Assembly (NCBI GenBank): GCA_945885475.1
Contig: CAMCYR010000002.1
Location: 37,633-101,632 of the forward strand
DNA from: Chitinophaga pinensis
Lineage (GTDB): Bacteria > Bacteroidota > Bacteroidia > 2-12-FULL-35-15
Length of the DNA stretch: 64,000 bases
Direction: 5' to 3'
Positions 38,635 through 48,498 of the stretch are shown piece after piece; position 1 is the first letter of the stretch, and each line of letters starts with the position of its first letter. The notes below the pieces were generated by a model. The model worked only from the letters and a program-made list of their open reading frames with translations, searched no databases and was not told the origin of the DNA. Both the position numbers and the translations under genes were made by a program.

Positions 38635-40230
38635 ATGAAAAAAGAGATTAAAAAGACGAAATTAATAATTGGATTGTTCCTGATTGCTGGCTCAGCGACA
38701 GTTGCTCAAACACTCAATGACGCAATAAAATTAACTACAAATGAACAGTTTGAATCTGCTGATGCAGCTTTCAAAGTGCTTCTTCAGTCGCAACCCAATA
38801 ATGGCGATTATTGCTTTTATTTTGGAGAGAACTATTTCAAAAATGATAATATAGAAATGGCAAATGCAATGTATCAGAAGGGTGCAGACGCAAATCCAAC
38901 AAATCCTATTTCATATGTAGGTCTTGGAAAAGTGCAGTGGTATAAAGATCAGTCTGCTGATGCGAAAGCAAATTTCTTTAAAGCAACAACACTTGCTGCT
39001 GGAAAAAATGCTACTGTTTTGATGAAAATTGCTGAGGCATATACAAACGCTCCTACAAAAAATCTGACGGATGCTTTTACTTTATTGGCACAAGCGGCAA
39101 AGCTGGAACCTAAAAATCCGGAGGTCTATATTTTGACTGGAGATGCTTTTTTAGAGCAAAATAATGGAACGAAAGCAGTTGAAAATTACGAGAAAGCAGG
39201 AGCACTTGATCCGAAATCTCCAAGAGCATTATTGAAGCAAGGGCAAATTTGGAACCGAGCAAAAAATTATCAATTGGCAATTGACACCTATAAAAAAGCA
39301 AAATTAATTGATTCTACATTCGCTCCTGCTTTCCGTGAAGCTGCAGAAATTTATCACAAGGCAGGTCAAGATAAAATTGCGTATGGTCAAATGAAAAAAT
39401 ACATTCAATTAAATAACGATTGTGGTGCCCGTGCCCGTAGCGCTGGATTCGCATTGGAATCAAAATTTTACAAAGAGTGTATTGTGGATGCTAAAGAAGC
39501 GCAAAAGTGCGACTCTACTAATGTTTTTATACACAGGTATTTAGCGTATGCAAAATATGAAACGGTTGATTATGCTGGTGGATTAGAGAACATCAATTTC
39601 TTTTTTGCAAATGCTCCAGCAGATAAAGTAATTCCTCAGGATTATGAATACCGTGCGAAATTGCTTTCTAAAACAGGAAAAGATTCATTGGCTATTTTAG
39701 ATTTTAAAAAAGCAATGGAGCTGCAGCCGGATAAAGTGGAGTTGAACGGAGATATCGCAAACGCATACGTGCAGATGAAAAAATATCCTGAAGCCATTGC
39801 AGCATATAAAGTTAAAATGGAAAAAGGAAAACCTGGTGTAAATGATTATTACAAATTGGGAATAGCCTATTATAAATCAAAAGATTTTATAAATGCCGAC
39901 TCTTCTTTTGTTCAAGTAATAAAATTACAGCCAGAACTTACACTGGGACATTTATGGAGAGCAAAATCGAATTCGCAATTAGATCCTAAGAATGAGAAGT
40001 GGTTGGCTAAACCATTTTACGAAATATACTTAACGAAAGTGAAGCCAGAAGACACAGAAAAGAGCAAAAGTGATTTGATAGGTGCCAATACATACATGGG
40101 AGTTTACTTTATGAATAACAAAAATGTATGCGAAGCAAAAGCCTATTTCAAAAAGGTTGCTGAGCTAGAACCTGCAAATGCGAATGCAAAGAAATTCTTA
40201 GAAAGTGCTGAAGCAAAAAAATGTCCTTAG
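38635..40230 (+). CDS. Tetratricopeptide-repeat protein with a signal peptide
   Basis: TPR-like A..Y.KAL...P motifs recur many times. It is the terminal gene of the exbBD-tonB cluster. An alternative start is at 38608. Confidence 0.8.
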   Translation: MKKEIKKTKLIIGLFLIAGSATVAQTLNDAIKLTTNEQFESADAAFKVLLQSQPNNGDYCFYFGENYFKNDNIEMANAMYQKGADANPTNPISYVGLGKVQWYKDQSADAKANFFKATTLAAGKNATVLMKIAEAYTNAPTKNLTDAFTLLAQAAKLEPKNPEVYILTGDAFLEQNNGTKAVENYEKAGALDPKSPRALLKQGQIWNRAKNYQLAIDTYKKAKLIDSTFAPAFREAAEIYHKAGQDKIAYGQMKKYIQLNNDCGARARSAGFALESKFYKECIVDAKEAQKCDSTNVFIHRYLAYAKYETVDYAGGLENINFFFANAPADKVIPQDYEYRAKLLSKTGKDSLAILDFKKAMELQPDKVELNGDIANAYVQMKKYPEAIAAYKVKMEKGKPGVNDYYKLGIAYYKSKDFINADSSFVQVIKLQPELTLGHLWRAKSNSQLDPKNEKWLAKPFYEIYLTKVKPEDTEKSKSDLIGANTYMGVYFMNNKNVCEAKAYFKKVAELEPANANAKKFLESAEAKKCP

Positions 40231-40249
40231 TAATAGAGCGAGTATAATA

Positions 40250-40287
40250 AAAAAAGCGTCATGCAATTTGCTTGACGCTTTTTTTAT
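40250..40287. terminator. Bidirectional rho-independent terminator between the TPR gene and kup
   Basis: An A-run, then the AGCGTCA-tgcaatttgct-TGACGCT hairpin, then a T-run. Confidence 0.7.
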
Positions 40288-40296
40288 TGAAACCTA

Positions 40297-42270
40297 TTAT
40301 TTAAAATTAAGAGGCGGTTCGTCTACGATTCGCTTTAGATTCAATGCTTTTGGTGGAGCAATGATAAGCGGAACAGCTTCAACTGTAACGGAGCTTGTGT
40401 CCAATCCGAACGCTTTCTCTTCTGATAAACTGAAGTGTTTAAGGAATCCATAAACGTCCAGAATAAATTTCTCATAGAATGGCAATTCGTTCTCATAGGA
40501 TAAAAATTTCTCGATAACGATGAATCTGAAATCTCCAATAATGTTGTTCTTATTCAATGATTTGTAACGGCTAGTAATATCTACTTCTTTGTTCTTCACC
40601 ATGTCTTCCACCACTTTTCTGAACATGAGATTTACACGCGGAGCCACACGGAATCCTAATTTAAAGTCGATGCGAATAACATCATCGTGAATAAATTCGC
40701 ATACTTTGTATTCCATGCGATACGGTTCATCTACAACATCTACATGTACGAACCAATATATATCAGCACGTTTGGGTTGCTTTTGCATGATCGAATAAAT
40801 AATTTTCGATTCTATTTCTTCTCTGTTGTCTGCACTTGTTAAGTAAACTAAATGCGTTGCATATTTTGGAACACTTAAATCGCGACTCAAATCTTCAAGT
40901 ATTGGCAAGTGATCCGTTAGTTTTACAAACTCCACATATCTGTTTCTGATCTTTCTTGCGTAAAACCAGATCAGCATAATAGAAGCAAGCAGCATCGCGA
41001 TCATTAAACTGATCCAGCCACCCTTTAAAAACTTATCCATTTGAGCAACCAGAAACGAAAGCTCAACAAAAAGGTATACAACAATGAATGCAGAGATAAT
41101 CGGTCGCCAGAAGCGCTTAATACGCATATAGTAAGCAAGTAAACGCGAGGACATTAACATCCCTAAAATAATTGTAAGTCCGTATGCCGCTTCCATTTTT
41201 GTTGACTCTTCAAAGTAAAGAACCACAATGATACATCCAGTGCAGAGCAGCCAGTTTACGGAAGGAATATATAACTGACCTTTCAGGTCACTTGGATATT
41301 TAATTCTTGCTTTAGGCCAAAAATTCAGACGGATCGCCTCATTAATAAGGGTAAAAGAGCCGCTGATCAATGCCTGACTGGCGACAATTGTGGCGATAGT
41401 TGCCAATGCAATTCCAAAAGGAAGGAACCATTCGGGCATGATCGTGTAAAACGGACTTGCACCATTGAGGTGTTCGCCTTGATGCGCAATCAGCCATGCG
41501 CCTTGTCCGAAATAGTTTAAAACAAGTGTTATTTTTACAAAGATCCAACTGATACGAATGTTTTCCTTTCCACAGTGACCGAGGTCGGAGTACAATGCTT
41601 CCGCTCCGGTAGTACACAGGAATACAGCACCCAGCACCCAGAATCCTCCCGGGTGTTTCACCAACAGGTCGTATCCATACATTGGGTTTAATGCATTTAA
41701 TACCGACCAGTTATCAGAAAGCTGAGAAACACCTAGAACTCCCAACATCAAAAACCAAACAAGCATTATTGGCCCAAATAGTTTTCCAATAGACTTTGTT
41801 CCGAATTGTTGAATAGCAAAAAGAAGAATAATAATGACAATAACAATCGGAACGGTGGGAATATGTTTTAGGGAATCAACCATTCGTAATCCTTCAATGG
41901 CAGAGGAAACAGAAATAGGTGGGGTGATGATTCCTTCTGCTAAAATTGCACTGCCTCCAATTACTGCAGGAAACATTAACCATTTTACTTTTGTCTTTTT
42001 TACCAATGTGTAAAGTGAAAATATTCCACCCTCACCTTTATTATCGGCACGAAGTGTTAATACAACATACTTCAAAGTTGTTTGCAGTGTTAGTGTCCAG
42101 AAGATACAGGAAATGCCACCGAGTACAGTGATGCTGTCGATTGGGTGTTCCCCGACAATTGCTTTTAATACATATAAAGGAGAGGTTCCGATGTCTCCAA
42201 AAATGATTCCTAGTGTTACAAGTAAACCCGCTGCTGACAGCTTGTGAACGTGATGATGGTCTTTGCCCAT
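40297..42270 (-). CDS. kup: KUP/HAK/KT family potassium uptake protein
   Basis: The N-terminus ...LGIIFGDIGTSPLYVLKA is the KUP signature. The protein has 12 transmembrane segments and a cytoplasmic C-terminal domain. Confidence 0.95.
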   Translation of the reverse strand: MGKDHHHVHKLSAAGLLVTLGIIFGDIGTSPLYVLKAIVGEHPIDSITVLGGISCIFWTLTLQTTLKYVVLTLRADNKGEGGIFSLYTLVKKTKVKWLMFPAVIGGSAILAEGIITPPISVSSAIEGLRMVDSLKHIPTVPIVIVIIILLFAIQQFGTKSIGKLFGPIMLVWFLMLGVLGVSQLSDNWSVLNALNPMYGYDLLVKHPGGFWVLGAVFLCTTGAEALYSDLGHCGKENIRISWIFVKITLVLNYFGQGAWLIAHQGEHLNGASPFYTIMPEWFLPFGIALATIATIVASQALISGSFTLINEAIRLNFWPKARIKYPSDLKGQLYIPSVNWLLCTGCIIVVLYFEESTKMEAAYGLTIILGMLMSSRLLAYYMRIKRFWRPIISAFIVVYLFVELSFLVAQMDKFLKGGWISLMIAMLLASIMLIWFYARKIRNRYVEFVKLTDHLPILEDLSRDLSVPKYATHLVYLTSADNREEIESKIIYSIMQKQPKRADIYWFVHVDVVDEPYRMEYKVCEFIHDDVIRIDFKLGFRVAPRVNLMFRKVVEDMVKNKEVDITSRYKSLNKNNIIGDFRFIVIEKFLSYENELPFYEKFILDVYGFLKHFSLSEEKAFGLDTSSVTVEAVPLIIAPPKALNLKRIVDEPPLNFK

Positions 42271-42387
42271 ATGGCTGTAGAATTTTTAGCCCACAAAGCT
42301 ACAAAATAATAAAGGAAACAGGAGTTAAAAATGCCACAAATAAAAAGTTGATTGTGAAGGATTTCTTATTTAAGATAGCGCATTGTT

Positions 42388-42666
42388 CTATAACGCCTCC
42401 TGTTTTTTCTTTTTATCAGGAAAATAAGGTTCAGAGATCCCGGGTTGCATCACTCCAAATTCATCACTTACATGCAACCATTTATTTTTTAGTATTGGAG
42501 AAGGTTTTGGTATTTCTGGATGTACTATCTCCTCAATAATAGTTTCTGCTGCTTCTTTGTAAATGATAGGTTTTAATGTTTCTGCTTTTTTTGCATTTAC
42601 TACATACACAAGTAAAATCACAAGGAGTAGTAAAAGTAATAGCAACAACAACAGCAGTAAATACAT
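42388..42666 (-). CDS. Small membrane-anchored hypothetical protein with a poly-Leu transmembrane segment
   Basis: MYLLLLLLLLLLLLLVILLVYVV is encoded by a CAA/CAG/TAG-like simple-sequence tract. It lies immediately upstream of kup. Confidence 0.3.
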   Translation of the reverse strand: MYLLLLLLLLLLLLLVILLVYVVNAKKAETLKPIIYKEAAETIIEEIVHPEIPKPSPILKNKWLHVSDEFGVMQPGISEPYFPDKKKKQEAL

Positions 42667-42924
42667 ATTAATTAAAGAAAAATAGTGTTATTTATGAAAG
42701 GAGAGTATAAAACCTATTCAAAGATAAACTATTTTTTACGAAAGGCTCACTTTCATTAAGCATAGAAATACTAAGCGTTTTAAGGTTTTTGTTCGCTCCC
42801 CTTTTTTCAAAAAAGATACAGCCATGTGGAGTAAATTAATTTTCGAATTATTAAAAAATTTGGTCTTTGAGTTTTGCGAAAAGGGTGCTGTGCTGTTTTA
42901 CGTTAAATTTAATAACTTTGCTTC

Positions 42925-43440
42925 ATGACACGACGCGGCGATTTAAACGATGTTATCCTATTACAGAGCATTGGCAGAAAGACCTTTGACGACGCCTTTG
43001 GCAATACATGCACAAGGGAAGACATGCGTGGCGTTTTAGATGTGTATTTCAATTCAGCTCAGGTTGCGGAAGAGTTACTCGATGCAACCGATAATTTCTT
43101 TTTTTTTGAGGAGGATGGGATTGCGAAAGGGTATATGCGAATCAATGCAAAACATGCTTGTCCCTTGGATTCCTTCCAAGATCGGAAATGTATTGAGTTG
43201 GTTCGGTTGTATGTATTAAACGAATTTCATGGAACGGGTGTTGCCAATGCGCTTATGAATTTTGCTATTGATTTTGCCCGTAAAAACGGCTTTCAATGGA
43301 TGTATTTGTCGGTTTGGGAATACAACTTCCGCGCCCGAGGTTTTTACGAAAAACACGGCTTTTTGAATTCAGGAGTGGAGAATGATTTCCCGCTGGGATC
43401 TACGTCCCAAACAGACTATTGGTTTGTAAAAGAATTGTAA
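42925..43440 (+). CDS. GNAT family N-acetyltransferase
   Basis: It is 171 aa. The acetyl-CoA-binding motif is ...LYVLNEFHGTGVANALMNFAIDFAR... Confidence 0.8.
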   Translation: MTRRGDLNDVILLQSIGRKTFDDAFGNTCTREDMRGVLDVYFNSAQVAEELLDATDNFFFFEEDGIAKGYMRINAKHACPLDSFQDRKCIELVRLYVLNEFHGTGVANALMNFAIDFARKNGFQWMYLSVWEYNFRARGFYEKHGFLNSGVENDFPLGSTSQTDYWFVKEL

Positions 43441-43566
43441 CAAAAAAAGCTGATAGATACCCTTCTTTTACTTAGAATTGTGCGTATTCAATGAAGCAGC
43501 AAGTTTTTTCTAGAAGTATAAAACAACCCTAAAGAGGAAATTTCAACTATAACATACAAAAAACAA

Positions 43567-43652
43567 AAAACCTTACAACATAATAGCTGTAAGGTTTCTT
43601 TTTGCTCCCTCTGCTGGACTTGAACCAGCGACCCTCTGATTAACAGTCAGAT
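43567..43652 (-). repeat. att-like direct repeat, copy 1. It is a 48-nt copy of the 3' half of tRNA-Asn (43605-43652) plus an adjacent terminator hairpin (43571-43595).
   Basis: On the minus strand CTGACTGTTAATCAGAGGGTCGCTGGTTCAAGTCCAGCAGAGGGAGCA is identical to the anticodon-stem-to-3'-end of the intact tRNA at 51319-51392. There is no 5' half, D-arm or acceptor partner. The hairpin is CCTTACA...TGTAAGG. Confidence 0.75.
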
Positions 43653-43768
43653 AACCAAATTGGGTAAACCCAATATTGGTAGGCTCTAACAGGTATAGAG
43701 AAATATTTGTGCACATAATTTGCAAGTTTTAGCCTGATTATTATTTCGTTTACTGCAAATATAATATT

Positions 43769-44209
43769 TTACAGCATGCCTTCATCAGCAAATGAAAAAT
43801 ACCCTTCATCAGTTATAATCAAATGATCTATTAAGACAATATCCATTATTTTACCTGCTTCTTTTAGACTTTTGGTGATTTTCTGGTCTGCTTCACTAGG
43901 CTTTAAATTACCACTTGGATGGTTGTGGCAAAGAATGATTGAACTGGCATTTGATTTTAAAGCTGTCTGAAATACAACTTTAGTATCTACTATTGTTCCT
44001 GATGTCCCTCCAAGTGATATTTTACTATATCCCAACACCCTATTTGCTCGATTTAAGAGCATTAAATACATTTCTTCAATATACTGAAGCCTATCACTCC
44101 AAATTGCTCTAAACTGCGTTTCTGCATCTCTAGAAGTAACAACTTTTGGTAGTTCAGAGAGCTTATTTTTGTACTGATAATTGATTGATATTTCACATAA
44201 TGTTTCCAT
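43769..44209 (-). CDS. RadC-like JAB/MPN domain protein
   Basis: ...IILCHNHPSGNLKPSEADQKITKSLKEAG..MDIVLIDHLII carries the H.H...(S/D) JAMM motif. Confidence 0.8.
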   Translation of the reverse strand: METLCEISINYQYKNKLSELPKVVTSRDAETQFRAIWSDRLQYIEEMYLMLLNRANRVLGYSKISLGGTSGTIVDTKVVFQTALKSNASSIILCHNHPSGNLKPSEADQKITKSLKEAGKIMDIVLIDHLIITDEGYFSFADEGML

Positions 44210-44283
44210 AATAATATTTTAGGTTAGAAAATTAATAGCTATGTATTTATTATAAACTGATTTTTTAATTATTGAAATTTGAC

Positions 44284-44634
44284 CTAATTAAAGGTGGTTT
44301 GAATGCTGGTAGGTTTGGATATGATCATAAAGTAATGATGGTAGAATGCTTTGTTCTGAATAATATAAACAAGCTTGAATTCTGGACTCATTTTTACTGC
44401 AATTACAGTTATTTCTTGACCCACTACATAGCTTTCAATCTCCAAAATACAGGTGGCTTTAAATGGGCAAAAAAGCCTATATATGCCAGCTTTACAAATC
44501 ACTAATATGCTGTTGTTTGAACAGATTTTTGCTAAACTTGTTATGTTGTTTTTATCCATGATTTTTGTTTTAAGTGTTTGAGAATAAAAAAAGGAGTACC
44601 CCAATGGATACCCCCTTATCAACCACACAATCAA
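44284..44634 (-). CDS. Hypothetical small Cys-rich protein. It is low-complexity and AT-rich, so it may not be coding.
   Basis: It lies 4 nt downstream of the preceding ORF. Its composition (I/F/Y/C-rich) is unusual. An alternative start is MDKNN. Confidence 0.3.
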   Translation of the reverse strand: MIVWLIRGYPLGYSFFYSQTLKTKIMDKNNITSLAKICSNNSILVICKAGIYRLFCPFKATCILEIESYVVGQEITVIAVKMSPEFKLVYIIQNKAFYHHYFMIISKPTSIQTTFN

Positions 44635-44640
44635 CAGAAA

Positions 44641-44979
44641 CTAACTAATCGCCCCAGAATAGACAGCTTCTTCCACATTAGTACTTTCACCAATGAATTG
44701 ATAATTGTGGCTTAATGTGATTGTTTCATTTGTTCCTGGTACTTGATATGAATAATCTTCACATTCAATTTTTACTATTTTACCAGGGAACTGTGTGTTG
44801 ATTAAAGCCTTACATGAAGCTTCATTTAAAGTTGTGGTTATTGTTGCCTTGCGGGCATGAGCATAGAATTTTCCGGTATTCACTGCTCTAATTAATTCCA
44901 CATCGCCTTGAAGTTCTAGTACATGAAATACTTCTTCTTTGGCATTTTTTCTTTTACTAAATCCAATTACTGTTACCAT
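44641..44979 (-). CDS. Hypothetical protein (112 aa), the first gene of the RadC-like operon on the island
   Basis: Codon usage is good. No motif was recognised. Confidence 0.5.
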   Translation of the reverse strand: MVTVIGFSKRKNAKEEVFHVLELQGDVELIRAVNTGKFYAHARKATITTTLNEASCKALINTQFPGKIVKIECEDYSYQVPGTNETITLSHNYQFIGESTNVEEAVYSGAIS

Positions 44980-45432
44980 TGTTATAGGGTTTTTATATAA
45001 TATAAATAGGAAAGCGTTTCTTCCCTAATGGTAAGTGGGGGAGGTGTCAGGAGTAAGCTCAGGGGTTAGTATGCAAAAAAAAAAAATTAATAACCCATTG
45101 GCAAAGCCTAAATATAATAGATTAATGAGGGTTAATGAGAGGGTTAAAGGATGTGTTGCTGCAAATTAATGGGAGGGGATTAGTAATCTTGTATAAAAAA
45201 TAGAAATTTTATATCCTCAGTAGATTGGGAACTGCAAACCTACCTTTTAAACGGGAGGATGTTCTTTGAAATCAAAATTTTTAGGCTAGATATCACTATG
45301 TCTGCATTTTAGATTAAATATGCCTAGTGTAGAGAGATTTCAACCTAAATTGGCAATTAAATAAAAAGAGGAAAAACGTAAGTCTTTCCTCTTTTTAAGT
45401 AAAATTGTCTTTTAAAAAAATTTCTGCACTTG

Positions 45433-45909
45433 TTATTTTGCTATAATTATACAGTTTAACATTTCTTTATAATAGCGTATTTGAGGAACTTCACAATCAT
45501 AAATATACAAACGAAAGCTAGCTATTAGGCTTTCTTTTAACATTTTAACATCCTCATTACTTAATACAATCATTGATGAATAATTGAATCCTTGATCTCC
45601 AACACTAACATTTATTTTTGCATCTGGCCTAGAAATTTTTTTCCCATTATTAAGCAATATAATAACTCCTTTTTCAATAGAAATAGTCTCACCTTTCGTT
45701 TCAAGCCTAATCATTATTAACGTATCCTTGCCTAATATTTTTTTATAAAAAACTACCGGATGCTCTTGCAAATTATCTTCAACAAATGAAGGTGACATAA
45801 ATTTTGTTTCTCCTGTAAATTTATCAACCTCTTTGGTTATGTCTGAACATTGTGAAAACAAGTTAGATGTTACCGATAAAATAAAAAATATTGATAATAA
45901 TTTTTTCAT
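45433..45909 (-). CDS. Hypothetical lipoprotein
   Basis: The signal peptide plus lipobox is MKKLLSIFFILSVTSNLFSQC. Confidence 0.55.
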   Translation of the reverse strand: MKKLLSIFFILSVTSNLFSQCSDITKEVDKFTGETKFMSPSFVEDNLQEHPVVFYKKILGKDTLIMIRLETKGETISIEKGVIILLNNGKKISRPDAKINVSVGDQGFNYSSMIVLSNEDVKMLKESLIASFRLYIYDCEVPQIRYYKEMLNCIIIAK

Positions 45910-45981
45910 TTAATATTTATTAGAAATAATAATTATAAGTGCATCACTTTTTTGTATATATTTTTAATTTGAACCTTTATT

Positions 45982-46797
45982 CTAAAATCTTATTCCGACA
46001 TTAATACCGAGTCTAAATAGGAGGTTGTCATAATATGGAAAAAAGTCACTAATACCGATATCTATAGCACAAAAAATGGGTTTAATAGGGTGATAAACTA
46101 ATCCTCCATAAATGACTCCAGTACCCCAAGATGATTTATCAGTATAGGTTTTATTGTAAACTAAATCTTTAAATTCAAATTCAAATGAACCATATTCAAT
46201 TCCAATTGCTCCAAAACCTCTTAATTTACCTTCTCCAGTTGGATAAAATTTTAAATGGGCTCCAACAGCGAATCCTTTTGTTACGGTAGTGACATATCTA
46301 TTATTATAACTAGGAATATAGCAAAAATATTGAAATCTAGTTGCGCTAGATAATAAATTGGAGGAAGAATACCCTAAGTACAAAGGAATCTTGATAGCCA
46401 ATTTTTGCCTTGCAAAAAAACGTTCATAAGAAATATTGAAATCTTTAAAAAGAAAGGGAACGATATTAATAGAAAATATATTTTTCCCATAAACATTTAC
46501 AAATTTAACTTTTTCCTTAATCTGTGGTTCAGAATTAGTTGGAGGTATAATTACATCATTTTTCTTTGCAATTACTTCAGTCTCACCATTTTTATAGATA
46601 ATCATTAAAACATTGCTTTTTGATATTGTATATAAAGGACCTTCAATATTAGAGAATTTTTTATACTTAATTTCTGTAGTGTTTATTTCTATTATTTTAG
46701 TCAAAACTTCAGTACCATCTTTCAAATAAATTTTATCTTGAGAGTAGATTAAAGAAGTTAATAGGAGGGAAGTTATTAATAGGAGTGCTTTTTTCAT
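45982..46797 (-). CDS. Secreted protein with an N-terminal ~70-aa conserved module and a C-terminal putative outer-membrane beta-barrel-like half (paralog A)
   Basis: It has a signal peptide. The N-terminal half is ~95% identical at DNA level to the next gene. The C-terminal half has alternating hydrophobic residues and ends ...GINVGIRF, an aromatic terminus like an OMP beta-signal. Confidence 0.65.
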   Translation of the reverse strand: MKKALLLITSLLLTSLIYSQDKIYLKDGTEVLTKIIEINTTEIKYKKFSNIEGPLYTISKSNVLMIIYKNGETEVIAKKNDVIIPPTNSEPQIKEKVKFVNVYGKNIFSINIVPFLFKDFNISYERFFARQKLAIKIPLYLGYSSSNLLSSATRFQYFCYIPSYNNRYVTTVTKGFAVGAHLKFYPTGEGKLRGFGAIGIEYGSFEFEFKDLVYNKTYTDKSSWGTGVIYGGLVYHPIKPIFCAIDIGISDFFPYYDNLLFRLGINVGIRF

Positions 46798-46827
46798 ATA
46801 TATTAATTATTAAATACAATCTTGATT

Positions 46828-47724
46828 CTAATAACGTACACCTAAACTAATACCAATTCTAGTTAATGTGTTACCAGAATTTTTAAATTTGCCGGGAAAC
46901 GGAGCCGTGGATTTACTAAAACCAATATCAAAAGAGCAAGATAAAAGCTTATTTGGTTGATAGGATAATCCTCCATAGATAATCCCAGAAATAATGGACA
47001 AATATTTATTATAAGAAATATCTGAGAAGTATTGGCAATAATAACCAGTACAGGTTTCATTAATCTGCAATTCTAATTTAGCATATTCAACTCCAATTGC
47101 TCCAAAAGCTCTTAATTTACCTTCACCAGTTGGATAATATTTTAAATGCGCTCCAATTCCCCATCCTTTTATTATTTTCTGAGTTATATATATTCTATTT
47201 TTCATATTATCCGAATAATAATCATCATTGACTGAATAGTATTGAAATCTATTATCGTTAGACAAAAAATTGGGAGAAGAATAATCTAAATAAAAAGGAA
47301 TTTTAATAGCCAATTTTTGCTTTGCAAAAAAACGTTCATAAGAAATATTGAAATCTTTAAAAAGAAAGGGAACGATATTAATAGAAAATATATTTTTCCC
47401 ATAAACATTTACAAATTTAACTTTTTCCTTAATTTGTTTTTCCTCAACTTCTGGTTCAGAATTAGTTGGAGGTATAATTACATCATTTTTCTTTGCAATT
47501 ACTTCAGTGTCACCATTTTTATATATAATCATTAAAACATTGCTTTTTGATATTGTATATAAAGGACCTTCAATATTAGAGAATTTTTTATACTTAATTT
47601 CTGTAGTGTTTATTTCTATTATTTTAGTCAAAACTTCTGTACCATCTTTAAAATAAATTTTATCTTGAGAGTAGATTAAAGAAGTTAACAGGAGGGAAGT
47701 TATTAATAGCAGTATTTTTTTCAT
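46828..47724 (-). CDS. Paralog B of the above. The N-terminal module is the same and the C-terminal half has diverged.
   Basis: N-terminal 120 aa are near-identical to paralog A (DNA 46380-46800 ≈ 47290-47727). The C-terminus ends ...GISLGVRY. Confidence 0.65.
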   Translation of the reverse strand: MKKILLLITSLLLTSLIYSQDKIYFKDGTEVLTKIIEINTTEIKYKKFSNIEGPLYTISKSNVLMIIYKNGDTEVIAKKNDVIIPPTNSEPEVEEKQIKEKVKFVNVYGKNIFSINIVPFLFKDFNISYERFFAKQKLAIKIPFYLDYSSPNFLSNDNRFQYYSVNDDYYSDNMKNRIYITQKIIKGWGIGAHLKYYPTGEGKLRAFGAIGVEYAKLELQINETCTGYYCQYFSDISYNKYLSIISGIIYGGLSYQPNKLLSCSFDIGFSKSTAPFPGKFKNSGNTLTRIGISLGVRY

Positions 47725-47729
47725 ATATA

Positions 47730-48335
47730 TTAATTTCGAACCAATAAATAATAAGTAAAAACATTAACCGCAATACCAATACCAAAACCACCCCAGACGC
47801 GCCCCCATTTCTTTTGCTTCATTTTATGTTTGTATCCACTGAGATAATCTGGATTTTTAATTAAATTTGAATCAGGGTTTGTTTGTTTTATTGCACCAGC
47901 TGTTGGTTTACACAAACCAATTATTAATCCAGTAACAATACCAGCTGGAGAAAATATAATTGTAGGCACAAAAGTGCCCCAAAATGGTTTATAGCTTGTA
48001 TATTTAATTCTAGCATCTTCTTCCCCTAATCTCATCATTTCAGCAGATGACTTTCCAATAGTATTTTCGTTTATACTGTTGTTTTCATTGGCCTTTTTTA
48101 CTTCAGCAAAAACATCTTTATCACCATTTTCATATATAATCATCACTATTTCACTTATAGAAACAACTATTGTAGGGCCATCTTGGTAGTTATATTTTTT
48201 ATATTTAATTTCAGCGGAACCCACTTCTGTTACCTTTGCATCAATATAGTCACCACTATACAAGTATATCTTATCTTGAGAGAATGAATTAAATATTGAT
48301 AGAAAAAAATAGGTGATAAATAATGTTTTTTTCAT
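47730..48335 (-). CDS. Secreted protein with a related N-terminal DKIYL...EIKYKK...IIYENG module (paralog C) and a C-terminal membrane segment
   Basis: Signal peptide MKKTLFITYFFLSIFNSFSQ is followed by the ~70-aa module shared with paralogs A and B. The tracked ORF starts 20 codons earlier, at 48395. Confidence 0.55.
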   Translation of the reverse strand: MKKTLFITYFFLSIFNSFSQDKIYLYSGDYIDAKVTEVGSAEIKYKKYNYQDGPTIVVSISEIVMIIYENGDKDVFAEVKKANENNSINENTIGKSSAEMMRLGEEDARIKYTSYKPFWGTFVPTIIFSPAGIVTGLIIGLCKPTAGAIKQTNPDSNLIKNPDYLSGYKHKMKQKKWGRVWGGFGIGIAVNVFTYYLLVRN

Positions 48336-48498
48336 AGATTGCTTTAGTGTTGAAAAATATTTTATTAATCCAGCAAAATCAGATTTTGTGGCCATGACTG
48401 AGCAGTAGTAAACACGTTAAATAATAAAATTATTAAATGTTTTTTGTTTATCAATAATATTTAATTGTAATCAGTTTTATCTTCAGTTTATGAGTCAA

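Noticed and set aside
43605-43652. Third tRNA gene
   Set aside because: Only the 3' 48 nt are present. There is no D-arm and no acceptor 5' strand.
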